A stretch of DNA of 64,000 bases from assembly GCA_045807765.1 (NCBI GenBank), contig JBJMGU010000271.1, positions 1,200-65,199 of the forward strand, in the 5' to 3' direction. The notes under the pieces were generated by a model. That model saw nothing but the letters and a program-made list of their open reading frames with translations, ran no database searches and had not been told where the DNA came from. The position numbers and the translations under genes were made by a program. This document shows, one piece after another, positions 19,227-28,752 of the stretch; position 1 is the stretch's first letter, and each line of letters starts with the position of its first letter. The stretch comes from Blastocatellia bacterium. GTDB lineage: Bacteria; Acidobacteriota; Blastocatellia; UBA7656.

Positions 19227-21458
19227 TCACTCTCTGGCCGAAGTATCTGTGATAGAGGTATTCGGGCGGCTGTATTGAAAATGCGTGGCGTCGCCGTCGC
19301 CGCCCCAACTGAAATCGAACTCGCGGAGAACCGGCACCAGCTCAAGGATGGAGCCGCGCTGGCCGAGCGGCATGGCGTGCTGGCCGGGCTGATTGTATTG
19401 GCGATTGAGGTCGAAGCCAATGCCGAGCGCGTGCGTCGAAGGACCGCCGCCCTGGCCACGCTTGAAGTTGAGGATCAGCGGATCGTCAGGCCGCACAAAG
19501 CCGTAATCCCAGGTCAGGACGCGGTCCAGCAAGCCGCGCGCTTTGATCGCCCGGAACGCCTGCTGCAACTGCGCCGCCGCTATGCGATTGAACTTGATCG
19601 TGCTGTCGTACGGCTGATCGATCTCGCGCAGCTCCGGCACATTAACATCAATGAGGTTACGTTCAATCCAATTGTCGTAAAACTCCATGCGGCCATCGGC
19701 GAGGCGGCGCAATTTAATGTCGCCGACAATCGGGTGCGGATAGGTGACTTCGTCGCCTCGGAAATAGTCGTCAGCAATGTCGAGCAGTTTCTCGTTCTGG
19801 CGACCCAGCGATTCTTCTTGTTGCAAGCGCTCCTCGACGACCTTGTCGCGCTGTTGTTCGACGACGTGCAGGAGCTGGTCTTTGTGCTCGGCCTCGCGCG
19901 CCAGGTTATAGTTTTTAACCAGCGTATAAGCGCCCGCCGAGCCGATCAACAGCAACGGCACGAGGATATAAAAGGTCATCACTAGGTAGCGATGGCGGCG
20001 GCGGCTGATGTCGAGAAAGCTCATCGCCGCAGCAAAATCTTCGTTGTAACGCGCCGCCCACGCTGCCGTCGGCTGCTTCTGCGCCTGCCATTCGAGCGCG
20101 TAGCCGAGCTGCGGATTGCGCCACGGCTTCGAGCGCCCCTCGCGGTAGAGCAGCGCGGCGTCAACGATGCGCAGGTAAATCTTGCGCGATTCGGCTTCGA
20201 GGTTGACCCAGTCGCCGAGCCGTGTCCACTGGCGGATCAAGCTCTCGTGCGAGATGTCTATGGTCACGTCGCCGGTCAACTTGTCTTCGTAGAGGTTGAC
20301 GAAGTTGCGCCGATTCGAGCGGAAGCGCTCGATGATGGCAAGCAGTGGCGGGCGCGCTGCTCCGGTAATGGCTTCGATCTCGCTTAGACGCGCCGGGCGG
20401 CGGATGCGGCGGCCCCGCGCGTCTGTGTCGGTGAGCGCCTGGAACATGCGTTTGGTAATTCTTACCTCGTCGTCGTTCAAGCCGGCGAGGGCCGCCTCGG
20501 CATCTTTCGACAACGCCTCCTTGATGGTGCCGATGTTCTCGTAATGTGTCAGATCAATCGCGCCTTCGCGCGTGCGTTGCCAGTCTTCCCATGTGCGCAT
20601 CAAGGCATGCTGCATGACCGGCAACTGGTCGGACTTATCGCCGGCGTCGTTCAGCACGCGGTCGAGCAGGCGCTGTGAGATGCTCGCGCCGAACAAGCGG
20701 ATCGGCCCTTCGATGGCTTCCTGCCGCTGGCGGCGCGTCAGGCGCGGCACCAGGTATTGACTCTGGTTCATGGCTTCCGGCAGGCCGAAGAAGTTGTCAC
20801 AGTCGCCGATGAAATCCGAGCGCATGGTGAGGACGACGAAGATCGCCAGCTCGCGCTGCGCCGCCAGCTCCAAGATCAGCGCCACGAACTCTTCGGCTTC
20901 GTTGCGCTTTACCGGATCGTCATCACGCAAGGCGAAGCGGAACAGCTCTTCAAACTGGTCAACCAGCAGCAGCAGGTTAGAGTCTTCATCGCCAAGCGCC
21001 TCTTGCAGGCGAGTGATGACGGCCTGCGCGCCTTCGCCGCGAACCGCTTCGACCAGGCTGTTGATGTTCGCCTTGCTGGCTTCGACCGAAGCGGCTTCGA
21101 GCAGCGCGACGGCCATGTTTTCAAGCGGCGCGTCGCCCGGCTTCATGGTGGCGACGTGCCAGAGGTCGCGTTCTTCGACCAGGAAGCCGGCCTTGAGCTT
21201 GGGGATCAACCCGGCGCGCACCAACGACGATTTGCCGCAGCCCGAGCTGCCGACGACCGCGAGAAAGCGGGTGGCGTGCAGCCTTTGCAGCAGCTCGATG
21301 GCCTGCTCGCGCCGCCCGAAAAAGAGCAAGCTCTCTTCGCTCTCGAACGGGCGCAGCCCGACAAATGGGTTCAGCGCCTCGGTGCCGGCATCGCTGCCTG
21401 CAAGCAACGCCGGCGTCTGCTTTAAAGATCTCGTCGTACGCTCCGGTCTCATAATCAT
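19227..21458 (-). CDS. Transmembrane STAND NTPase (nSTAND1-like) with a C-terminal VanY/peptidase-M15-like domain
   Basis: nSTAND1 signature NPFVGLRPFESEESLLFFGRREQ..RFLAVVGSSGCGKSSLVRAGL (Walker A) and LLLLVDQFEELF (Walker B). One TM helix YLVMTFYILVPLLLIGSAGAYTLV is preceded by RRRHR. A coiled-coil region follows, then M15/VanY-like motifs IAAAQLQQAFRAIKARGLLDRVLTWDYGF, STHALGIGFD (SxHxxGxxxD) and DATHFQY ([DE]xxH[FY]xY). Confidence 0.8.
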   Translation of the reverse strand: MIMRPERTTRSLKQTPALLAGSDAGTEALNPFVGLRPFESEESLLFFGRREQAIELLQRLHATRFLAVVGSSGCGKSSLVRAGLIPKLKAGFLVEERDLWHVATMKPGDAPLENMAVALLEAASVEASKANINSLVEAVRGEGAQAVITRLQEALGDEDSNLLLLVDQFEELFRFALRDDDPVKRNEAEEFVALILELAAQRELAIFVVLTMRSDFIGDCDNFFGLPEAMNQSQYLVPRLTRRQRQEAIEGPIRLFGASISQRLLDRVLNDAGDKSDQLPVMQHALMRTWEDWQRTREGAIDLTHYENIGTIKEALSKDAEAALAGLNDDEVRITKRMFQALTDTDARGRRIRRPARLSEIEAITGAARPPLLAIIERFRSNRRNFVNLYEDKLTGDVTIDISHESLIRQWTRLGDWVNLEAESRKIYLRIVDAALLYREGRSKPWRNPQLGYALEWQAQKQPTAAWAARYNEDFAAAMSFLDISRRRHRYLVMTFYILVPLLLIGSAGAYTLVKNYNLAREAEHKDQLLHVVEQQRDKVVEERLQQEESLGRQNEKLLDIADDYFRGDEVTYPHPIVGDIKLRRLADGRMEFYDNWIERNLIDVNVPELREIDQPYDSTIKFNRIAAAQLQQAFRAIKARGLLDRVLTWDYGFVRPDDPLILNFKRGQGGGPSTHALGIGFDLNRQYNQPGQHAMPLGQRGSILELVPVLREFDFSWGGDGDATHFQYSRPNTSITDTSARE

Positions 21459-21466
21459 CTAACGGC

Positions 21467-22984
21467 TCAAACCGCTTCGAGCAGCGGCTTGAGCGCCTGC
21501 GGGTTGCCGAGGTCAGCCGCGTCAAAGGTATAAACCGGGAACAGGCCGAGGCGGAAATCGCTGTCGACGCTCTTGCGCCGCGCGCCCGCATAAAAGACGC
21601 CGCAGGCTTTCAGCGGGCAGCCTTCGGTGATGGCGATCTCGACTGCCGCGCCGAGCCGCGCCCGCACCCATTCCGAAGTCACCGAGCCGAAGACGATGAT
21701 CAGCTTGGTCACCTGCTTCAAGCGCTCTTCAAGGATGCGAATGTTTTTGCGCGGGTCATCTTCTTCAGGGTTGATGTAGGGCTGCACGTTCTTGTCCGAC
21801 AGAAAGCGGATCAGGTCGAGGGCGTAGAGCTGATCTTTGAAGTGCGTATCAACCAGCGCCGCCATCGGCGCGGCATCGGCGGGCGGGCGGCGTTGCGCGG
21901 CTTCGATCTCGTCGAGGATTTCGCGCGGCAACTCGGCGGGCAGGCCGCGCAGGAATTTGTAGGTCGCCTCGCTGCGCTCGCCGTTCTCCAGGCGGTCGAG
22001 GAACTCTTTATACGTGCCGTCTTCAAGCGCCGCCAGATCAAGCGCTTTCGGCACCCAGATGAACTGCGAGCGCGCATGCTCAATGCTCAGCTCGACCTGG
22101 CGCTGGGCATAGGATTTCTCTTCGGCGTCTTCAATCTCGCGGCCCGGAAAGGTGTCGAGCAGATGCACAGCCAGATGCGCGCCGCTAATGGCAGCAATGG
22201 CGCGCTCTTCGTGTGCCGCGGCTTCGTAAGGCGGCGGCACATCGGCGATGACCCGTATGCCTTTGCTCTGTAGCTCGGCGGTGACGCGCCTGCGCAACGT
22301 GCGCAGCGAATCGGCGGTGTCGGCCAGAAAGACCGTGAAGGCGTCCGACGCCGGCGACGCGGCACTCGCGCCAGCGGCGGGCGCCGCCGTAACCGGCGCA
22401 GACGCGACCGACGGCGCCGCGGCGGGTAAGCTCTCTTTCATTGCGCAGAGCGTGCGATAAACCGCTTCGACGAGCTTGCGCATCTGCAATTGAAAAGGTT
22501 TCTCCTGCGGGTCTGCCGGGTAGCCGAAATCGTCCGGCGATTCCGCATCGTGAAACGGAAAGCCGCTCGTGCGCCCGAACTCGGTGGGCCATTCGCCGAA
22601 CGGGATGTTATTGAGCAGCACGTTAAAGATGCGCAGCCGGTCGCCGACCGCCAGCCCCGATGGCTCTTTGCCGGCCTTGGCCTCGAACAAGCGCAGCTCC
22701 TGTTTGCAGTAATCCGAGGCCAGATAACCGGACGAGTTGAGGGCGATGAAGATCGCTGAACTGTTGATGGCGTCTTCGATTGTCTTGTCGAAAAGCTGGC
22801 TGCCTTCGAGCGTCGGGTCTTGCCAGATTTTGACCGCGCCCATGCGCCCAACGCGCTTCGACATTTGCAGGTCGAGGTGTTCGCGAAACTGCGTCACCCA
22901 GCCATCGGCTGCATCAACCGCGGCGTTGTCAACGTGCGCGTAGCTGATAAAAATGTCGTGCTGAAAACCGGGTAAGTACCCCAT
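21467..22984 (-). CDS. TIR-domain protein; the C-terminal half has a second TIR-like/Rossmann-like region
   Basis: N-terminal TIR motifs HDIFISYAHVDN and SSAIFIALNSSGYLASDYCKQEL. ATG at 22984 has GGAGG 5 nt upstream (the longer ORF to 23032 would need a TTG start). Its stop is 8 nt before the STAND gene start. Confidence 0.8.
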   Translation of the reverse strand: MGYLPGFQHDIFISYAHVDNAAVDAADGWVTQFREHLDLQMSKRVGRMGAVKIWQDPTLEGSQLFDKTIEDAINSSAIFIALNSSGYLASDYCKQELRLFEAKAGKEPSGLAVGDRLRIFNVLLNNIPFGEWPTEFGRTSGFPFHDAESPDDFGYPADPQEKPFQLQMRKLVEAVYRTLCAMKESLPAAAPSVASAPVTAAPAAGASAASPASDAFTVFLADTADSLRTLRRRVTAELQSKGIRVIADVPPPYEAAAHEERAIAAISGAHLAVHLLDTFPGREIEDAEEKSYAQRQVELSIEHARSQFIWVPKALDLAALEDGTYKEFLDRLENGERSEATYKFLRGLPAELPREILDEIEAAQRRPPADAAPMAALVDTHFKDQLYALDLIRFLSDKNVQPYINPEEDDPRKNIRILEERLKQVTKLIIVFGSVTSEWVRARLGAAVEIAITEGCPLKACGVFYAGARRKSVDSDFRLGLFPVYTFDAADLGNPQALKPLLEAV

Positions 22985-23122
22985 CACGCCTCCGGTCGTG
23001 CGCAAGGTGGTTGGCTTGCGCAGCGTCTTCAACTTGTTGCTGGTAATCTGTTGAGTGCGGAGTAAGGGTAAGCGAAAACACTGATGAATGCAACGCGATC
23101 AGTAAAGCGGCGGCGTGGTGGC

Positions 23123-25422
23123 TCATTGCTGGAGCCTGGCGTACTCGCGCCTGGCTTCGATCAAGACGGGGATGTCCGCGTCGGCGTCTTTCCACAGCGC
23201 CAGGAAGTCTTTATAAGCCTTGCGGCTTTTGTCTGTCTCGCCGCTGAGCGCCGCCGCGCGTGCGAGTCCGAGGTGCGCAAGGGGATATAGATAAGAAGTA
23301 GGATCCCATCCCCGGTGATCGAGGATCTTTTGGAACTCGGCTCGCGCTTCTGCCCCCGCTTTTTGTCGGAGATAGCCTTGTGCTCGAATATAATTGGGCC
23401 AGAACAACATCGCCGCTTCATAAGGGCCAACCGATTGCAGGAGTTGTATGGCGCCGGCTGTATTATCCTTGCGCAGTTCGATGGCCGCCCGAATCGTCGG
23501 CAGCCAGATGGCGTTGACCCAAGTAACTTTCGGATTCTCATTGGCGAGTTCATTGGCAAGCGATTGCGCCTGAGCGCTTTCGCCACACAACGCGAGCGCG
23601 AGCGCTTCGTACACCTTCGGGGTATCGTTAGGCGCTAAGGTTAGAGCCCGCGCGGCGTTTTCCCGTGCTTGACGGCAATTACCCAGGACAGCGTTTCTCG
23701 CTGCATCCTGCGCAGCCAGGTTTGCCGCAGTCTCTGCGTCACCGGGCTGGGCACGCCCAATCTCGCGATGGGAGAATTCCTGGACCTGTCGCATCTGTCC
23801 CGAAAACGCCGCCGTTAAGGCTTGCCAGGCGAACGCCCCAGAGCCATTTGACGGCTCGCTCGCCCAATCAATTTGTTGCTTCATCGCCGCCGCATCACCG
23901 TCTATGAAAGCGAGCATGTAAAGGTGGTAGTGGAATATTCTGCCATCCCCTTTCATTGTCGGTGCCTGCTCCAGAATCTCCCTGGCCTCGGCGAAACGCC
24001 CGAGATAGATGAGTTGCGCGGCGAGGTTGTCATACGGTAAAGCCCAATTGGGGAGCAGGCTAACGACTTCCCGGAACTCTTCCACGGCGTTTTCGTTTTG
24101 CCCGAGCGTGCCATACAAAATGCCCAGCAGGTTGCGCGCCGGTGGATAACGGGGATATATCTGCTTCAGCCATCCCGCCGCTTCGATGGCGTTTTCCAAT
24201 TCTCCGGAAACGTTTAAGTAGTATTGCGCCGTAATCCAAAGCTTTTCCCGCTCACTTGCTCGCTCGCGCAATTCAAACGCTTTGGTGGCGTATTCGCGAG
24301 CCGCTTTTGTCTCCCCGACGTTAAGGCACGTGACTGCCAGGACGCCGTAGCCAAGGGCGAATTGCGGGTCGAGTGCCACGGCGCTCTTGAGCAGAGGGAT
24401 GGCGTCCCGCTCTTTGCCTTGCAAATGCAGGTCGCGTCCGGCAGAGAAGGCCTTGAAAGCCTCGAGTGACGAAGTCGTGACGGCCATGGGCGCATCGAAC
24501 TTCTGGATCGTGCTCAGCGACTCGCCCAGCTTCTCGCGCAAACGCCTGGCCATCTTGCCCAGCACGCTCAGCACCTGCTCCTTGGTCTCGGCCTCCTCCT
24601 GTTGACGCGCCAGCACATCGCCGGTGCGCGCGTTGGTTGCCTCCAGCGCAATGACGTAGTGGCTGCCGAGATTCGAGACCGATCCCACCAGCACGGCTTT
24701 GATTCCCTGACGTTCGCAAATCTCGCGCGCGATCTCTTTCGTCACGCGCTCGTCGAGCGGGCGTCCCATGTAACGCAGCGTCTCCCGCACGCGCTCGTCC
24801 GAGAATAGATTCAAGAAGGGGGATTGCTCCAGTTGCACCGCCAGCGCCGTCTTCAGCGTGCCGTCAAGGACCGCATCGCCCGTCGTGTTGATAAAGTCCG
24901 CCAGCAGGATGGTGTCTTTATCAGTCAGTGCTGGTGCGCGGTTAAAGTAGAAGAAAAGGCCTGCCGCCGCGACGATCAACGTCGCCACCGCAATCATCGC
25001 TAACCGCTTCGTCCTTTGCCGCCTGGCCACGGCCTTCGCCTTGATGCCTTCATCCGTCGGTTGGCTCTGCGCTGGCGCTGCCGCCGCGCCGTTCTCCTCC
25101 CACGACTCCTTCACGCTGACTTTGAAGCGATAGCCGCGCTTCGGGATGGTCTCGATGTAGGGCGGCCCTTCGCCCAGGGCCTGCCGCAGCGTGAAGATGT
25201 TGCGCGTCAGGTTGCCTTCCTCAACGAAGCTGTCGCGCCACACCAGCCGCATTAACTCGTCTTTCTCGACCACGTGTTCGCTGCGTTCGACGAGCACCAA
25301 CAGCACGTCGAAGGCTTTCGGCGTCAGCCCCACGGGTTGACCATCGCGCCGCAGAACCCGCTCGCCGGCATCCAGGCAGAACGGGCCGAACTCGTACAGG
25401 TGCTTTGTTTTGACTGCCATAA
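23123..25422 (-). CDS. Transcriptional regulator: OmpR/PhoB-type winged-helix DNA-binding domain, TM helix and TPR repeats
   Basis: Winged-helix sequence VGLTPKAFDVLLVLVERSEHVVEKDELMRLVWRDSFVEEGNLTRNIFTLRQALG...IETIPKRGYRF. TM helix MIAVATLIVAAAGLFFYF, then a long TPR-rich C-terminus. Start at MAVKTK, with GGAG upstream. Confidence 0.8.
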
Positions 25423-25604
25423 CGGCTCCAAGAAGTCTGTAAGAACTTTCCAATGATTTTCCAAGCCGATTGAAAGGACTTCCAACCCGCGCTTCGACTA
25501 CGGTCAGCCGTGAGATGAGCCGGTATCGGATGGACAAAGAGTACGGAAACTTGATGCCGCGCCCATTCTAGTCGAAAGCCTCGGTCAGCGAAAGGAGAAA
25601 CCCC

Positions 25605-26273
25605 ATGCGGTGGATCACTCAGCAGGCAAGCGACATTTACGATTCTCTGAAGCAATCAAGCCCAGCGGCAAGGCGCGTCATTGCCAGCACCCTTTCTCCG
25701 GCCCTCCTCATCGCGGCGCTCACTGTCTCGGCGACGACAGCCGCATCCGCGCAACCGAACTCGGATTCGCGAGCGGTTAAGCATTCCCGCTTTGACACCG
25801 CCAGGATCAATGAGCCGGTGGTCAGAGAATTCAACAACGCCTGGCAGAGTGTCGGCTGCGGCGTTCTAAATACAGAAATCGTCGTCTTGATCTTCAAGAA
25901 AGCTGATGGCGCTTACATGGCGGCTTCGCTGGGCATGTCCAACGAGAGTAAGCAATTCAGCTTTGTCTGGAATCCGGCGACGATAGCCCTTGTGCACACC
26001 CACCCGAACACTTGTAACGAACGACCGAGCTGGCCGGACAGGGATATCGCCGATAAGTACCACGTGCCAATCCTCACGATTACTTCCAGAGGCATGTTCA
26101 TGTATGACCCGGAAACGAAGAAGATCAGCAAAGTGCAGGACGGCCTCAATTGGCTCAAGCTCGACAAGTGGGCGCGGAATTCATTGGTTGCTCAGGCCGC
26201 GGCTGCCGCGCCGTCGGTCAGCATCTCCATGAACTTGCGCGCCGCGGCGCTGAAGATCTTCCCTTTGCGGTGA
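25605..26273 (+). CDS. Secreted hypothetical protein with a JAB/MPN (RadC-like) metal-binding motif
   Basis: Signal peptide ...ALLIAALTVSATTAASAQP. The motif HTHPNTCNERPSWPD resembles the JAMM/RadC pattern HxHP-x5/6-PSxxD. It lies in a low-GC patch. Its 3' end overlaps the convergent lysR-type gene by about 80 nt. Confidence 0.5.
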   Translation: MRWITQQASDIYDSLKQSSPAARRVIASTLSPALLIAALTVSATTAASAQPNSDSRAVKHSRFDTARINEPVVREFNNAWQSVGCGVLNTEIVVLIFKKADGAYMAASLGMSNESKQFSFVWNPATIALVHTHPNTCNERPSWPDRDIADKYHVPILTITSRGMFMYDPETKKISKVQDGLNWLKLDKWARNSLVAQAAAAAPSVSISMNLRAAALKIFPLR

Positions 26274-27085
26274 ATGATGCCGATGGGGCGCAGGAAGGTG
26301 TCGTTAAACTCGATGGCCCGCAATGCCCCCGAACGCAGCTCGTTTTCGACGGCGGCGCGCGGGATGATCGTCACACCGAGGCCGGCTTCGACCGAGCGCT
26401 TGATGGTCTCGATGTTGTCGAATTCCATGACGTACTGCACCGTGGCGTCGTTGTCGCGGAGGATTTTATCTACCGCCTTGCGCGAAGACATATCGCGCTC
26501 GAAGCCGACGAAGTGCTGACCGCCAAGGTCGGCAACCGCCAGCCGCTTGCGCCGCGCCAGTTCGTGCTCCGGGCTACAGACAAAAACCAGCCGGTCGCTG
26601 CGGAAAGGGATGATATCGATCTGCGGGCGCGGCACCGGGTAAGCAACGATGCCGAGGTCTATCGTGTGGTTAATAACATCTTCGTAGACTTTGTTGGCGC
26701 GGCTGTATTCGATGTGGATGTTGGCGTGCGGAAACTCTTTGATGAACTGTTTGACGACTGGCGCTAGCTCGTGCAGGCCGACTGTGTAGATCGTCGCGAC
26801 GCGCACCTGGCCGCTGATCGTGTCGCCCAGCCCCTTCATCTCGTCGTTGAGCGAAGTGAAGCGCTCGATGATCTCGCGGCAGCCTTGATAGAAGGTCAGG
26901 CCGGCGGGCGTCGGCACCAGTCCGCCGCCGCGACTGCGCTCGACCAGGCGCTTGTCAAAGCGGTCTTCGAAAGCGCGCACCTGCTGGCTGACCGCCGACT
27001 GCGAGATGAAATTCTTGACCGCCGCCTTCGAGAAACTGCGCGTGTCAATCAAGTCGCAAAACACTTTGAGCGATTCGATATGCAT
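26192..27085 (-). CDS. LysR-family transcriptional regulator
   Basis: N-terminal HTH MHIESLKVFCDLIDTRSFSKAAVKNFISQSAVSQQVRAFEDRF and a ~300 aa LysR substrate-binding fold. Confidence 0.9.
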   Translation of the reverse strand: MHIESLKVFCDLIDTRSFSKAAVKNFISQSAVSQQVRAFEDRFDKRLVERSRGGGLVPTPAGLTFYQGCREIIERFTSLNDEMKGLGDTISGQVRVATIYTVGLHELAPVVKQFIKEFPHANIHIEYSRANKVYEDVINHTIDLGIVAYPVPRPQIDIIPFRSDRLVFVCSPEHELARRKRLAVADLGGQHFVGFERDMSSRKAVDKILRDNDATVQYVMEFDNIETIKRSVEAGLGVTIIPRAAVENELRSGALRAIEFNDTFLRPIGIIHRKGKIFSAAARKFMEMLTDGAAAAA

Positions 27086-27145
27086 AACGTCACCTTATGA
27101 GGGCCATGCCTACCTTTCATTCATACTTATAACATATTTTTTTAT

Positions 27146-27222
27146 GGAACCACAGATGAACACCGATGGAAGGATCAGCGTGAAACTCTCCGCCTTCTCC
27201 ATCGGTGTTCATCTGTGGTTGC
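27146..27222. repeat. Palindromic intergenic element, copy 2 (same family as 10101-10181), in the divergent lysR/MFS promoter region
   Basis: ggaaccacagatgaacaccgatggaagga - loop - cttctccatcggtgttcatctgtggttgc. Stem about 24 bp. The terminal 16-mers GGAACCACAGATGAAC / GTTCATCTGTGGTTGC are identical to copy 1. Confidence 0.7.
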
Positions 27223-27251
27223 TTCTTCTCTGGCTTTGCTAGAATGCATAA

Positions 27252-28586
27252 ATGCAAGAGAGCAGGCCGGGCCGAAAGGTTGGATACGTCGAGCTGTTGC
27301 GCGGCAATCGCCACTTTCGGCGGCTGACGATTGGCCGGCTGATCTCGCAGACCGGCGACTGGTTCAACAGCGTCGCCCTCTTTACCCTGCTCTTGAACCT
27401 CACGGGATCGGGCGAAGCCATCGGCCTCGTCCTTATCATCAAGCTGCTGCCGCAATTTCTGGTCGGGCCGCTGGCCGGCGTCGTCGCCGACCGCTTCAAC
27501 CGCAAAGCCATCATGATCTGGGCCGACTTGCTGCGCGGGGTGCTGGTCTTCGGCTTTCTCTTCGTCAATCGCCCCGAACAGGTGTGGATCGTTTATCTGC
27601 TCGCGGGGCTCGAAATCATCCTCTCATCTTTTTTTGAGCCTGCCGAATCTGCCGCCGTGCCGACGATTGTCAAGCGCGAAGAGTTGATCGCCGCTAATGC
27701 CCTGAGCGGCGCAACCTGGTCACTGACGCTGGCCTTCGGCGCAGCACTGGGCGGCGCGGTGACCGACCTCTTCGGCAGAAATACCGCTTTCGTCATTGAC
27801 GCTATTTCGTTCTTCATCTCTGCCGCCTTCATCTGGGCGACGCACATTCCGCCGCTGCCGAAACGCGAGCGTGACAGCGCCCAGCGCATGTCGTGGCTTG
27901 AGCTGACCGGCATCGCCGACATGATCGAAGGCGCGCGGTATTTGAAGACTAACCCGCACGTCATCGCTCTGCTGCTGGTCAAGAGCGGCTGGGGGCTGGG
28001 CGGCGGCGTGCTGTTGTTGCTGGCCATCTTTGGCCGCGAGATATTTCCGATGGGACATGACGGCAGCGCGTCGATTGGCTTGCTCTATGCGGCGCGCGGC
28101 ACGGGAGCGCTGCTCGGGCCGATGATCGCCACATGGATCACCGACGATTCGCCGCGCCCAATGCGCCGCACGATCAGCATCGCCTTTTTTGTCTCGGCCA
28201 TCTTCTACCTGTTATTCTCGGGCTCGCCGTCGCTCGTGCTGGCGCTGCTGTTCGTCATCGGCGCGCACGCGGGCGGCAGCACCCAGTGGGTCTTTTCGAC
28301 GACGCTGTTACAACTGGCGGTGCCGAATCGTTTCCTCGGTCGCGTCTTCGCGCTAGAGATGGGCTTTCTGACGCTGGCGATGTCGCTGTCAACTTACGTG
28401 ACCGGCTGGGGCATAGACCACGCCGGCCTGAGCGCCCGACAGATGGCCGCCTGGCTTGGCGCGGCTTTCCTGATACCGGGGCTGGCGTGGCTGGCCTTGC
28501 AACGCCAGCTTGATCGCTGGGAACAGAACGAGCGCGGCGCGCTTCTACCCACCACAACCATCGCCGATCAAGAGAGCGCACCCTGA
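27252..28586 (+). CDS. MFS transporter
   Basis: 444 aa with about 12 TM segments and typical MFS loop motifs, e.g. GPLAGVVADRFNRK. Confidence 0.85.
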   Translation: MQESRPGRKVGYVELLRGNRHFRRLTIGRLISQTGDWFNSVALFTLLLNLTGSGEAIGLVLIIKLLPQFLVGPLAGVVADRFNRKAIMIWADLLRGVLVFGFLFVNRPEQVWIVYLLAGLEIILSSFFEPAESAAVPTIVKREELIAANALSGATWSLTLAFGAALGGAVTDLFGRNTAFVIDAISFFISAAFIWATHIPPLPKRERDSAQRMSWLELTGIADMIEGARYLKTNPHVIALLLVKSGWGLGGGVLLLLAIFGREIFPMGHDGSASIGLLYAARGTGALLGPMIATWITDDSPRPMRRTISIAFFVSAIFYLLFSGSPSLVLALLFVIGAHAGGSTQWVFSTTLLQLAVPNRFLGRVFALEMGFLTLAMSLSTYVTGWGIDHAGLSARQMAAWLGAAFLIPGLAWLALQRQLDRWEQNERGALLPTTTIADQESAP

Positions 28587-28752
28587 ATGGGGAAGCCAGC
28601 CACAGGCCATGCAAGAAGCCGTGGCGTCGGCATTCAATCCATGCAGTCAACAGAGTAAACGGCTGCCGGCTCCGGCATGGATAACAGACCGGAGAGAGAA
28701 GAAACAACCAGCGATATTCAGCTATCGGCCCGTGCAGTTCAGGAGAGAGTCA

